In this document: positions 47,195 to 57,528 of the stretch, one piece after another
How the letters are laid out: the number at the start of each line of letters is the position of its first letter
How positions within the stretch are numbered: the first letter of the stretch is position 1
IMG/VR virus record: IMGVR_UViG_3300035698_003810
Location: 1 to 64,000 of that record
DNA from: a virus
Length of the DNA: 64,000 nucleotides
Reading direction: 5' to 3' (one strand)
Translations under genes and position numbers: made by a program
The notes under the pieces: generated by a model
What the model was told of the DNA's origin: nothing
Seen by the model: only the letters and a program-made list of their open reading frames with translations
The model's database searches: none

Positions 47195-48682
47195 ATGGAT
47201 TTTCTAAATTATTTAAGCAATTATGAAAAAGAAAATGTAACAAGTGTAAAACAGATTGTTAAAGAAAACAAATCAAAACTTGATGTTGTTTTAAAAGAAG
47301 CATTCTATGGTAAATTTGTTTCTAAGACCGAAGCAAAATTACTTATTTCTACTGGATTTACTGATGTTAATAAAGCACCAAAATCAGTTGATGTAAAATA
47401 TGTATCAGAAAACTTGGATGCCATCATTAATAAAGTTGAAAAACTTGATGAAGGGTCTATTAAAATTATAATCAATAATAATGAAAGTGATGCTAAATCT
47501 AAAGGTAAAGCTGGTGGTGGTGGTGTTCCTATTATTGTTCCTGATATTGAGTTTGAAGAATCTTGTAGTAAAATTAAAGATAAAAAGAAAATGAAATCTT
47601 CTGATTATTCTACAGAAACTAAAAAAGAATCAACTGACAAAGAAGTTCTTGACGAAACAGATGATGATGATGATGATTTGACTGGTATCGATAAAGATAA
47701 AAAGAAAAAGAAATTACCTAAAGGTAAACTTCCAAAAGACTTTAAAGCTATCGATGAAAAAGATGAAGAAGAAGAACTTGACGAAAAGAAAAAAGAAAAA
47801 GCTACTACATTATCTTATACTGAGTTTTGGAATAAAGCAGAGGCTAAACCTGACAAAGAAGATAAAGACGGTAAGAAAATCGTTGGTGAATCTGTAGAAC
47901 TTGACGAAAAGATAAAACCAAAAGATATGAGTCAGGAAGAATGGGATGCACATTTAGAGGATGAAAAGGATGCCAAGAAAGAAGATGCACCCGAAACGGA
48001 ATTAGATGAAGAAGATGATAAAGAAGAGTCTGGAGATGAAGAAGAAAAAGAAGATGACGATTCTGAGGGTGAAGATTCGGATGAGGAAGAACTTGATGTT
48101 AAATGGTCTGATATAGAAGACCATCTTGCAAGTATCGATGACAAACTTGACACATTGGTTGGTGATAAAGAGGGAGAAGATGGTGATGCTGAATACGGTG
48201 ATGTTGAGCCGGGTGATGTTGAAGCTGACCTTGAAGCTGATGCTGAAGAAATAGTTGTAGATGATGTGGAACTTGAGGAAGAAGATGGTGAAGAAAAAGA
48301 AATCGAACTTGAACTTGGTGATGATGAAATCGAGTTAAAAGTTGGTGATAAAGAAGTAGAAATTTCACTTGATGATGAAGAGGAAGAGGAAGAGCTTGAC
48401 GAAGGAAAAATTAAAAAAATTAAGGATGATGAATTTGGTGGATATAAATATAAAATTTCTCATGAGTTTGAATCTATGGAAGATTTAATTAATTTAATGG
48501 ATGATGAAGAAATAAAAAATCTGTTATATTCAATTGATAGTGGTGATTCAGTTGAAAGTAAAAACGGAGAAAATGCGTTTGCTGGTGCGGATATTTTCGA
48601 TTTTTTGCCTGAAAATATAGACGAATCGGACGTTGCAAAACATGGTTCAGAATATATAAACTATTTAATGGGAGATGAATAA
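47195..48682 (+). CDS. highly acidic low-complexity protein, putative prohead core/internal protein
   Basis: AGGAG RBS; very D/E-rich; repeated (L/I)DE. Confidence 0.7.
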   Translation: MDFLNYLSNYEKENVTSVKQIVKENKSKLDVVLKEAFYGKFVSKTEAKLLISTGFTDVNKAPKSVDVKYVSENLDAIINKVEKLDEGSIKIIINNNESDAKSKGKAGGGGVPIIVPDIEFEESCSKIKDKKKMKSSDYSTETKKESTDKEVLDETDDDDDDLTGIDKDKKKKKLPKGKLPKDFKAIDEKDEEEELDEKKKEKATTLSYTEFWNKAEAKPDKEDKDGKKIVGESVELDEKIKPKDMSQEEWDAHLEDEKDAKKEDAPETELDEEDDKEESGDEEEKEDDDSEGEDSDEEELDVKWSDIEDHLASIDDKLDTLVGDKEGEDGDAEYGDVEPGDVEADLEADAEEIVVDDVELEEEDGEEKEIELELGDDEIELKVGDKEVEISLDDEEEEEELDEGKIKKIKDDEFGGYKYKISHEFESMEDLINLMDDEEIKNLLYSIDSGDSVESKNGENAFAGADIFDFLPENIDESDVAKHGSEYINYLMGDE

Positions 48683-49089
48683 TGGAACTATTAAGGGATA
48701 GACAAGTATACAAAGGTAGTATGGTTGATGATGCTAATACATATTACAATGAAAATGTTAATGGCATCTACAAAGACTCATCTTCTAAAAAGATTGACGA
48801 AAGCAAGATGACAGAAAAAGGTAAAGAGTGGTTGTATCTTGAAGAAAAGGCAAAACCTATTGTTGAGGCAAAAACTGAAAAGGTTGTTGTTAAAAAAATG
48901 GAATACAAAGCCAAAGTATTTGATGATAAAGATGTCGCTAATAAGTGGATGGAAAAAAATAAAGGTTGGGGTGTTATCAAAACAGAGAAAGGCAAAGTAT
49001 ATGTTGCTAAAAATGATGACAAAGGTAAGAAGATTGATGAATCATTAAATCTTTCTGAAAACATTAAGAGTGCATCACAATGGTTATAA
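48682..49089 (+). CDS. hypothetical protein, putative internal head protein
   Basis: TAATG coupling; KKIDES twice. Confidence 0.65.
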   Translation: MELLRDRQVYKGSMVDDANTYYNENVNGIYKDSSSKKIDESKMTEKGKEWLYLEEKAKPIVEAKTEKVVVKKMEYKAKVFDDKDVANKWMEKNKGWGVIKTEKGKVYVAKNDDKGKKIDESLNLSENIKSASQWL

Positions 49090-49108
49090 AATAGTATTTT
49101 GTTATAAG

Positions 49109-49116
49109 TATAAATA
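49109..49116 (+). promoter_or_regulatory. T4-type late promoter
   Basis: TATAAATA abutting terminator stem. Confidence 0.7.
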
Positions 49117-49143
49117 AAGGGGAAGAGTCAATCTTCCCTTTTT
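49116..49143 (+). terminator. rho-independent terminator
   Basis: AAAGGGGAAGA-GTCAA-TCTTCCCTTTTT hairpin. Confidence 0.75.
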
Positions 49144-49163
49144 GATTTTTGAACGGAGTATAA

Positions 49164-49868
49164 ATGATAACTACAAAAGAAAATGATGTAATCGCAATGA
49201 CAGAAGAATTTTGGTTTGGTCAAGATAAACCACTTGTGTCATGTCTAATGTTGACATACAATAGATTTGGCCCATTTAAAAAAGCACTTGAGTGTTTCCT
49301 TAAACAAATATATACCAATAAGCAATTAATAATTGTCAATTCTGGTAATAAAAGTTATAACAAAAAAGTACATAAACTTGTGACAAGATGTATGTCAGTT
49401 TGTAAAATAAAATATATACCACATGCTCCTGTGATGTCCATCGGTGAATTAAGAAATTTTGCATTGAAATATTGTGATGGTGAATACGTGATATGTTTTG
49501 ATGATGATGATATTCATCACCCAATGAGAATAGCACGTCAAATTGATTTGTGTTTAAAATCAAACATCCAAGGAACAATACTTAAGAATTTTACAGCAAA
49601 AATTGGATGGAAAGAACACAAATGTTCTATACTTCATGGGCTTGAGGGTTCACTACTATTCAAGAATCCAAAAGGTAAGATTCAGTACACTGATATGAAT
49701 CAAGGTGAGGACACCGATTTTATAAAAAAATTAAGAGATAATGAGTACAATATTGCTGTGATTGATGAAGATTTTGACACGTATAAATATATACATCACA
49801 GAACAAATACCGTGAGCAAAAAACACTTCAAAAATATGATTGAATTAAATGTTCCTGTACGAAGATAA
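49164..49868 (+). CDS. glycosyltransferase family 2
   Basis: PLVSC...TYNR, FL.Q.Y.N..LIIV, G.LRN, FDDDD, R...Q, GED. Confidence 0.93.
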   Translation: MITTKENDVIAMTEEFWFGQDKPLVSCLMLTYNRFGPFKKALECFLKQIYTNKQLIIVNSGNKSYNKKVHKLVTRCMSVCKIKYIPHAPVMSIGELRNFALKYCDGEYVICFDDDDIHHPMRIARQIDLCLKSNIQGTILKNFTAKIGWKEHKCSILHGLEGSLLFKNPKGKIQYTDMNQGEDTDFIKKLRDNEYNIAVIDEDFDTYKYIHHRTNTVSKKHFKNMIELNVPVRR

Positions 49869-49871
49869 TTA

Positions 49872-49900
49872 TTGACTTTTGAATAAGAATTTATTATATT
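49872..49900 (+). promoter_or_regulatory. sigma70-type promoter
   Basis: TTGACT-N17-TATATT in the gap before the large GT gene. Confidence 0.65.
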
Positions 49901-49926
49901 GTTATAGTATATTATTAGCATATTGA

Positions 49927-52900
49927 ATGGAGGTAAAATTGAAAAAGATTGTAGTTTACACAGCGATTTTTGGGGCATATGATTCCCAATTAGTTGAGGT
50001 TGAATTTGACCGTGAAAAATTTGACTTTATTTGTTTTACAAACCAGAAGAGATTGAAGTCTAATAGTTGGGATATTAGAGTTGTTGAAGACCCTGTACCC
50101 AATGATAATCCCCGCAGTTCTTACTACTTTAAAACTAATCCTCATGATGTGTGGGAAGACCAATATGACATGTCTATTTGGATGGATTCATCTTGTAACA
50201 GAATAGATACATATAAGTTATATGAGATGGTTGAAAAATTTGATAAATTAGGCACTGCCCTTTACATCGAGAAACATCCCGGAAGAACATGTATCTATAA
50301 AGAACTCGAAGCAAACATTCATTTCAAAAAAGATGATGAAGCTGCTATGAGAGCACATGTTGAATCATATCGTAAAGAGGGTATGCCTAAAGATTTTGGT
50401 ATGGTTGAAACTGGTTTACAACTTCGTAAACATAATGCACCGGACGTTATTGAATTTCAAGAAATGCTTTGGGATGAGATGATGACCAAGACTCGTAGAG
50501 ACCAATTATCATGGACATATTGTCAATGGAAATTGGGGTTTACTAATTTTTCTTTCTTTACGTTTCAAGAAAAGATTGATGTGCTTTGGTTCCAAGACCA
50601 TCCACATAAAGTTAATCACACAGAAAAGGTTTTATTAATTGGGCCTTGGTATGGAGAGGAAAAGTACGAGCAACAATGGTCTGATTATGCAAATGGCTTT
50701 GTTGGTATGTCTCCGTTTGATACAGTCATCGTGGGATGTAGACCGGGAAGAAAAGATATTTATAAAGACATTGGGCCGGATAGATTTCTTTATGCAGACC
50801 CTGAAGGTGAAAAGAAATTAAATTTACTTAATGGTAGCCTTCCAAGATTTAATGTTAAGTCAACAGGTGAAAAAGAAATCACACAATTAAATCCTAAAGA
50901 TGAACTTTTTAATAGATTTAAATTGTATGGTGGTTCTGTTCATTTTAAAATTCATATCATTGGATGGAAAGCTGGAAGATATATTGAGAGGGCATTGAAA
51001 TCTTTACTTAGCCAGAATCATAAAAATTGGCAAGCACAGATTGTATTAGACCCGGATGATACAAATGAAACATATGAAATTGCAAAACAATATGAATCAG
51101 ATAAGATAAAGGTTCATCTTAACAAAGAGAGACAAGGTCCAACTCAGAACCACATTGACTGTGTTGCAATGATGAAACCTAATGATGATGATGTCTGTGT
51201 TACATTAGATGCAGATGATTGGTTTGCACATGATTACGCATTGACAGTAATAGAAAATGAATATTTAAAAGACCCGAAAACATTAATCACACACGGTAGT
51301 TGGATTGACTATCCGAAACCGGGTTCATTACAACCGAACAATTCACAACCATATTCACCAACTGAATTTGATAATATAAGAAAAACAATTTTCAAAGCCT
51401 CTCATGTTAGAACAGTAAAGTATAAAATTTGGAAACATATCACAAAAGATTATTTAACACACTCAGAAACTGGTAAATATTATGATAGTTGTGGTGATGT
51501 TGCTATTATGTTTACGGCATTAGAGATGGCGGGTTATGATAGAGTTAAATTTATTCCTGACATTCTTTATGTTTACAATAGAGAAACTGGTATGAATGAA
51601 GATAAGGTATCCCAATCACAACAGTCTAATATGATGGATATCATGAATAAGAAACCACACACATTATATAAAGAAACAGTTGATGATGGAATTGATTCTA
51701 TTGTGTTTAGTAAAGACCGTGCATGTCAGCTTGATGCATTTTTAAGAAGTATGAAAGAACACCATAATAATTTAGATGAATGTAGTGTAACAATTCTTTA
51801 TACATATTCTAATGATGAATTTAAAAGTGGGTATGATTTACTTATTAAAAAATTCCCTGAGTTTTCATTTGTAAAAGAAGACAATTTTAAAAGTGATTTG
51901 ATAAATATATTTGCCAACGGTGTTCATGAGTATGTTCAATTTTTTGTTGATGATAATGTATGGAAAAATGATTTTAGTTTTGATGATGTTGAATTCGATA
52001 TGTTTAAAATGAATGATAATATATTATCATTATCATTAAGACTGTATAAGGGAATAACATATTGTCATCCAATGAATAAAGAAACAACACCACCATCGAA
52101 TTTAAATAGCTTGAATAAATATAATATAAATGTGTGGGATTGGAATGGTGCAGATGGGGATTGGGGTTATCCAATGTCAGTTGATGGTAATATTTTTAGA
52201 AAGAAAAATATTGAATTATATGTAAATAGTTTTATGTATAATAATCCAAATACATTTGAAGCTACTATGGCTTCAAGTCCTCCGGTAACATTTTCAAAGA
52301 TGATTTGTTATTCTGATTCAAAGATTTTAAATATCCCAATGAATAGAGTTCAAAACACATTTCAAAATCCGTGTGGTGATGTTGATACAAAGATGTTGAA
52401 TGATAAATTACTGTCTGGTGAAGTTATAAATATTAGTAAAGTTGATGGTTTTCAAAACTCAGCATGTCATCAAGAAATTGAATTGGACTTTATGAAAAAT
52501 GTTAAATTAGTTATTAGACAGCCTTGGGGTGGTCTTGGAGATAATCTTCAGTTCTCAACTCTACCGGAAATGTTTTATAAAAAATATGGTATGAAGTGTG
52601 TATATATTCATAATGATAATGCATATAGAAATCCTGAGATTAAACAATTGGTTTGGGATATGAATCCATACATTGCCGGATTTACTTCTGATAACGATGG
52701 TGTGATTGACCTTAAAGCTGATAATGACCTTGATGGATTTTGGACGGAGAAAATTGAATCTCATTATGGAGTAGAGCCAACAAACAAATCACCTAAGATT
52801 TATTATGAATATGATGAATCAAAGAAAGAACAATTTAAAGATAAAGTGGTTATTGATGTTTCATTTGATTCTCGTAATAGTTCAATGACATCTGATACAG

Positions 52901-53232
52901 TTCGCAATAACATATTAAAATTTTTCTCAGAATTTAAAACAGACAAAGAAGTGTATTTAATTAAATTTGGTGAACAGGTTTCTTATTCTGAATTTGATAT
53001 TATAAGTCATATTAATTGTCCTAATGTCAAAGAGTATAAAGTAAAAGATATATATGATTATTGTGATTTGATGAAGTACTGTGATACACTGATTTGTACA
53101 TTCTCTGGACAAGCGGTACTTGCATCTGCTGTTAAAGGTGATAGTGAGACACCAAGGATTGTTACGTTCCCACGGGATGATTGTTATAATGGTAAATTGT
53201 ACATTTTTAATAATGCCGAATATATAGTTTAA
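49927..53232 (+). CDS. multidomain glycosyltransferase (DUF616-like + GT2 + GT-A-like + GT-B-like)
   Basis: VVYTAIFG.YD/HP.R.CIY.E/RDQLS; LDADDW/D......LE; IVFSKDRA.QL/FVDD; GGLGDNLQFS; likely true start TTG 49939. Confidence 0.88.
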   Translation: MEVKLKKIVVYTAIFGAYDSQLVEVEFDREKFDFICFTNQKRLKSNSWDIRVVEDPVPNDNPRSSYYFKTNPHDVWEDQYDMSIWMDSSCNRIDTYKLYEMVEKFDKLGTALYIEKHPGRTCIYKELEANIHFKKDDEAAMRAHVESYRKEGMPKDFGMVETGLQLRKHNAPDVIEFQEMLWDEMMTKTRRDQLSWTYCQWKLGFTNFSFFTFQEKIDVLWFQDHPHKVNHTEKVLLIGPWYGEEKYEQQWSDYANGFVGMSPFDTVIVGCRPGRKDIYKDIGPDRFLYADPEGEKKLNLLNGSLPRFNVKSTGEKEITQLNPKDELFNRFKLYGGSVHFKIHIIGWKAGRYIERALKSLLSQNHKNWQAQIVLDPDDTNETYEIAKQYESDKIKVHLNKERQGPTQNHIDCVAMMKPNDDDVCVTLDADDWFAHDYALTVIENEYLKDPKTLITHGSWIDYPKPGSLQPNNSQPYSPTEFDNIRKTIFKASHVRTVKYKIWKHITKDYLTHSETGKYYDSCGDVAIMFTALEMAGYDRVKFIPDILYVYNRETGMNEDKVSQSQQSNMMDIMNKKPHTLYKETVDDGIDSIVFSKDRACQLDAFLRSMKEHHNNLDECSVTILYTYSNDEFKSGYDLLIKKFPEFSFVKEDNFKSDLINIFANGVHEYVQFFVDDNVWKNDFSFDDVEFDMFKMNDNILSLSLRLYKGITYCHPMNKETTPPSNLNSLNKYNINVWDWNGADGDWGYPMSVDGNIFRKKNIELYVNSFMYNNPNTFEATMASSPPVTFSKMICYSDSKILNIPMNRVQNTFQNPCGDVDTKMLNDKLLSGEVINISKVDGFQNSACHQEIELDFMKNVKLVIRQPWGGLGDNLQFSTLPEMFYKKYGMKCVYIHNDNAYRNPEIKQLVWDMNPYIAGFTSDNDGVIDLKADNDLDGFWTEKIESHYGVEPTNKSPKIYYEYDESKKEQFKDKVVIDVSFDSRNSSMTSDTVRNNILKFFSEFKTDKEVYLIKFGEQVSYSEFDIISHINCPNVKEYKVKDIYDYCDLMKYCDTLICTFSGQAVLASAVKGDSETPRIVTFPRDDCYNGKLYIFNNAEYIV

Positions 53233-53243
53233 CGAGAGGTGTA

Positions 53244-53753
53244 ATGGATTTATTAGGTTATAAAGGCAGAACATACCCCAAGTTTCAAGAACAGGGGTAT
53301 GCTTCACAGTTCGCAATTCCCTTTGCAAAGCACTTTTGTAAAGGTATTGGGTATGACATAGGTTGTCATAAAATAGAATGGTCATTTCCGGGGTCAATTC
53401 CTGTAGATTTAATTTTGGATAATAATGAATATGATGCATTTAATTTGCCGGAAGAGCAGGTAGATTATATTTATTCAAGCCATTGTCTTGAACATTTGGA
53501 TTCATGGGTTAATGCTATTGACTATTGGAAAACTAAATTAAAAGATGGTGGTATTTTGTTTCTTTATCTTCCACATTATAATCAAGAATATTGGAGACCG
53601 TGGAATAATAAAAAACATAAACATGTAATGACATCGGAAGGTGTTGTTGATTTTATAATAGACAGAAGATTTATTCACACATTTAATAGTGAACGGGATT
53701 TAAATGATTCGTTTATGGTTGTATGTGAAAGGAGTTATGAAAATGAGTATTGA
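53244..53753 (+). CDS. class I SAM-dependent methyltransferase
   Basis: DIGC, DYIYSSHCLEH, LK.GG.L.LYLP. Confidence 0.9.
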   Translation: MDLLGYKGRTYPKFQEQGYASQFAIPFAKHFCKGIGYDIGCHKIEWSFPGSIPVDLILDNNEYDAFNLPEEQVDYIYSSHCLEHLDSWVNAIDYWKTKLKDGGILFLYLPHYNQEYWRPWNNKKHKHVMTSEGVVDFIIDRRFIHTFNSERDLNDSFMVVCERSYENEY

Positions 53754-54495
53754 TATTTTTATTACGTGTGCAAAAAAAGATTACATTAAATTACCATATT
53801 GTATTGCTTCAATTGAAAGAAACATAGCTGATATTGATGAAATTCATATTGCATCACCCACTGAAATTAAAATCGATGGTGTGATTTGGCATAATGAAAA
53901 TGATATTTTGCATGTTGATAAAACAAAAATAAAACACAGACCAAATTGGGTGTTTCAACAATTGATAAAATTATTTCAAACCGTAACTAAAAACGATTTC
54001 TATTTGACTATTGATTCTGATACTATAATTAATAGACCATTGAAATTGTTTACTGATGAAGGTAAGCCAATTTTATATGCCGGGATTCAACAATACCATG
54101 CCCCATATTTTAAATTTATGAAAGAAGTTTTTAATTTGGATAAAGTTATCAAAGAATCTTTTATTACAGATATGAATTTTTTTAATAGAAATATAATAAA
54201 TGAAATGCTCGTTAATAACAATTATACAGTTGAATCATTTTTAGAAAAATTATATGAAGTAACAAAACCAAGCGAATGTTATATTGGTGAGCCGGAACTG
54301 TATGGTAATTATGTTGTGGAACATCATATGGATATGTATACGATTAGACAATTGAAAATGAAAATGTCTGGTAAAGAAATTAATAATGCTAATGATGTAG
54401 TTTGGTGTAATCAAGAAATTGAAACTGGTATTAAAGTTATGAAAAATCTTGATTATGATACATTCTCTATGCACTCATGGGTATTGGGGGATTAA
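53743..54495 (+). CDS. GT-A-like protein (DUF6492-like)
   Basis: W..QQLIKL, YL.IDSD, E.ELYG. Confidence 0.7.
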   Translation: MSIDIFITCAKKDYIKLPYCIASIERNIADIDEIHIASPTEIKIDGVIWHNENDILHVDKTKIKHRPNWVFQQLIKLFQTVTKNDFYLTIDSDTIINRPLKLFTDEGKPILYAGIQQYHAPYFKFMKEVFNLDKVIKESFITDMNFFNRNIINEMLVNNNYTVESFLEKLYEVTKPSECYIGEPELYGNYVVEHHMDMYTIRQLKMKMSGKEINNANDVVWCNQEIETGIKVMKNLDYDTFSMHSWVLGD

Positions 54496-55350
54496 ATGAA
54501 TTTAGTTTTAATACACATTGGTGATACGTTGCCTTCGTATGTTAGTGATACAATAGAACAGGCAAGAAAGTTTTATGATGGTGATTTGTATTTTGTAAAA
54601 TCTAAAGATTGTAAAATTTCACATTGGGATAATATCATAGAGATTGATTATGAATCATTACTTGACCATCCGAGAGTAAAACAGTTTAAAGATATTTCTA
54701 CACTAAAAGGTTTTTGGGGTGTGACGTGTGAACGATTTATTATATTAGAAGCCTTGATGGAAAAATTAAATTTGGATACAGTTTTTCATATTGAAAATGA
54801 TGTTACTATTTACAATGACCCGAATAATTTGTTGCCATATGTTTCATCATTTTGTAAAGACGCGGTTGTTGTGAATCCTACTGGCCCTGAGATATCAACC
54901 GGGGCATTTGTATACGTTGATAATTTGAAAGCAATATCATTTGTAAATGAAAAATTTATTGAATTATTAAAAAACCCACAAGGGATATTAAATCGTTTGA
55001 CTGAAAAGTTTATAAGTGAAATGAAATTATTAAATATTCTTCAAACGGATTATCCAGATAAAGTAAAACATTTTCCTATATTACCACACACAGATGATTA
55101 CATTGATTTGATTTTTGATTGTGCAACATGGGGTCAATTACTTGGTGGAACACCTAATGGTGAGGTTGGTGCAGACCAACTTCAACATCATTGGATTGGT
55201 AAAGAAATGTACCCTGAAAGAAAATATAAATACTTGTGGGAAAATGATGAGAAAGGAAGACGTTGTATTTTTATTGTTGATAAATCGGGAAATAAATATA
55301 AGTTAAATAATTTACACGTTCATAGTAAACGTGTGAGGGAGTTTATGTAA
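54496..55350 (+). CDS. putative glycosyltransferase
   Basis: FW..T.ERF, FHIENDV, SEM..L, FD.A..GQ.LGG, NLHVHSK. Confidence 0.65.
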   Translation: MNLVLIHIGDTLPSYVSDTIEQARKFYDGDLYFVKSKDCKISHWDNIIEIDYESLLDHPRVKQFKDISTLKGFWGVTCERFIILEALMEKLNLDTVFHIENDVTIYNDPNNLLPYVSSFCKDAVVVNPTGPEISTGAFVYVDNLKAISFVNEKFIELLKNPQGILNRLTEKFISEMKLLNILQTDYPDKVKHFPILPHTDDYIDLIFDCATWGQLLGGTPNGEVGADQLQHHWIGKEMYPERKYKYLWENDEKGRRCIFIVDKSGNKYKLNNLHVHSKRVREFM

Positions 55351-55351
55351 G

Positions 55352-56707
55352 GTGAATAGCATATGTTTGATTAATCCTCCATCACCATTTTTAATTGATG
55401 AGAAGGTATTTGTTTCAATTGGTATTTTAAGAGTAGCAACGTCATTAATAGACCATTTGTATAATGCTGATATTTTAGATTTAGCGGGTATTAAAGATTG
55501 GAAAGATAAAATTGATAATATTATTTATAAATATGATATTGTTGGTATTTCATCAACTACTCCACAAATTCCTATAGTGACAAAGATTGCCGAATATATT
55601 AAATCCAAACATAATAAACAAGTTGTGTTAGGTGGCCCACATGCAACGGTTGTTCTTGGTGCATATAAAGAGAATCCGACAGGACGTGCGTTATTAGAAC
55701 TCGATAGATTACAGAGGATATTCGATTATATAGTTTGTGGTGATGGTGAATTCGTAATTTTAGATATAATGAGAGGACACAAGACAGGGATATTGGATAG
55801 TGAAACTAATCCTGATTGGTACTTGACAAATGAAAAATATGATTCATTATCGGTTCCTATTCGTAGTTTAATTGATATAGATTCATATCATTATAAAATT
55901 GATGGCGTTAAATCTACTAATTTGATATGTCAAATGGGATGCCCGTTTGGATGTAATTTTTGTGGTGGAAGAAAATCTAAAACATTTAGACAAATAAGAA
56001 CACGAAGTATTCCATTAGTTATTAAAGAAATAGATTATCTCTACCGTGGTTGGGGGTATACAGGATTTATGTTTTATGATGATGAATTGAATGTTAATGG
56101 AAAATTATTTCTTAATTTTTTAGATGAATTGATTAAATATCAAAATAACAACAATGTTAATTTTAATTTAAGAGGATTCACACGTGCGGATTTATTGACA
56201 CAAGAGCAAGCAGATAAAATGTATGAAGCAGGGTTTAAATGGCTTCTTACTGGTTTTGAATCCGGTTCAGATAGAATGTTGTTAAATATGAATAAGAGAA
56301 ATACCGTTGAAGATAATACAAATGCTTGTATGACTGCCAGATTTGCAGGACTTAAAGTAAAGGCATTGATGTCTATTGGTCACCCGGGTGAGTCAAGTGA
56401 AACAATAAAAGAAACTAAAGATTGGGTTAAGATGGTTAAACCAGATGATGTTGATGTTACAATAATATCAACATATCCCGGTACACCATATTATGATGAT
56501 GTAACATGGGATGAAAATAAAAAGGTATGGAAATATATTAGTCCTAAAACTGGAGATATTTTGTATTCTTTGGATGTAAATTATACAAAGGATTCTGTAT
56601 TCTATAAGAGTGACCCGGACAGTTATGAATCTTTTGTCTTTACTGATAATTTGTCATGTCAAGATTTAGTTGACGAAAGAAGGCAGTTGGAGAGGGAATT
56701 AAAATGA
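55352..56707 (+). CDS. cobalamin-binding radical SAM enzyme
   Basis: B12-binding domain (DIVGIS.TTP, VVLGGPHAT, GDGE); CxxxCxxC GCPFGCNFC; F.DD, GFESGS, IG.PGE, YPGTP. Confidence 0.93.
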   Translation: MNSICLINPPSPFLIDEKVFVSIGILRVATSLIDHLYNADILDLAGIKDWKDKIDNIIYKYDIVGISSTTPQIPIVTKIAEYIKSKHNKQVVLGGPHATVVLGAYKENPTGRALLELDRLQRIFDYIVCGDGEFVILDIMRGHKTGILDSETNPDWYLTNEKYDSLSVPIRSLIDIDSYHYKIDGVKSTNLICQMGCPFGCNFCGGRKSKTFRQIRTRSIPLVIKEIDYLYRGWGYTGFMFYDDELNVNGKLFLNFLDELIKYQNNNNVNFNLRGFTRADLLTQEQADKMYEAGFKWLLTGFESGSDRMLLNMNKRNTVEDNTNACMTARFAGLKVKALMSIGHPGESSETIKETKDWVKMVKPDDVDVTIISTYPGTPYYDDVTWDENKKVWKYISPKTGDILYSLDVNYTKDSVFYKSDPDSYESFVFTDNLSCQDLVDERRQLERELK

Positions 56708-57528
56708 ATAAAGATTGGGTAAAGTCATTTAGTCGAGATGATTTTGTTGATGGAGATGGGTTTGAAAATATTGCAAAAGACTTAGGAATAACATACACAG
56801 AAAGTCATAATTTAAAACATGTAATAGATAATGAAATTATTTTATCTCATAATGGGGATGCATGTGTATTGCCAGAGGGTGTTAATATAATAAGAACAGG
56901 CGAATCAAGAGTTGGTATTGATTTTAATTGGTTAAATATTCCTGAAAAATTAAAAGTATTATTCTCATTAAATGTTGACGTTAAGGATGATAGAATATAT
57001 TATTTGCCAGTTGGGTTAGAAAGAAAACGGTGGAATCCCCAACAGAAAAAGCAGGAAAATTTATTCAATATGATGAATACAGATATCGAACCATCTAAAT
57101 TGGTTTATTTGAATATAGCAGCGGGGACAAATATACAATCAAGACCTAAATTAATTGAAGTAATGAAAGATAAATCTTGGTGTACAAATGATAATCGTGG
57201 TAATGGTTCTGATTATATGAATTTTATAACTAATATAAAAGAACACAAATTTGTATTTTCACCTGATGGTAATTCATTAGAAGGTCATAGAACATGGGAA
57301 ACATTATATTTGGGTAGAATACCAATCATAGAACGTCATGTGTTTACGGAATATTTTGCTGAACGCTTACCGTTACTTATTGTTGATAATTGGGAAGATG
57401 TTACTGAAGAATTTCTTAATGATAAATATAATGAAATGATAAATAAAGAGTGGGATTGGGATTTGTTAAAAAATTCATATTGGAAAACATATATAAGCGG
57501 AGTTATTGATAATGTTAAACAAAAATAG
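56704..57528 (+). CDS. exostosin/GT47-like glycosyltransferase, paralog A
   Basis: HKFVFSP.GN....HRTWE.LYLG.IPI, LP.L.V..W. Confidence 0.85.
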   Translation: MNKDWVKSFSRDDFVDGDGFENIAKDLGITYTESHNLKHVIDNEIILSHNGDACVLPEGVNIIRTGESRVGIDFNWLNIPEKLKVLFSLNVDVKDDRIYYLPVGLERKRWNPQQKKQENLFNMMNTDIEPSKLVYLNIAAGTNIQSRPKLIEVMKDKSWCTNDNRGNGSDYMNFITNIKEHKFVFSPDGNSLEGHRTWETLYLGRIPIIERHVFTEYFAERLPLLIVDNWEDVTEEFLNDKYNEMINKEWDWDLLKNSYWKTYISGVIDNVKQK

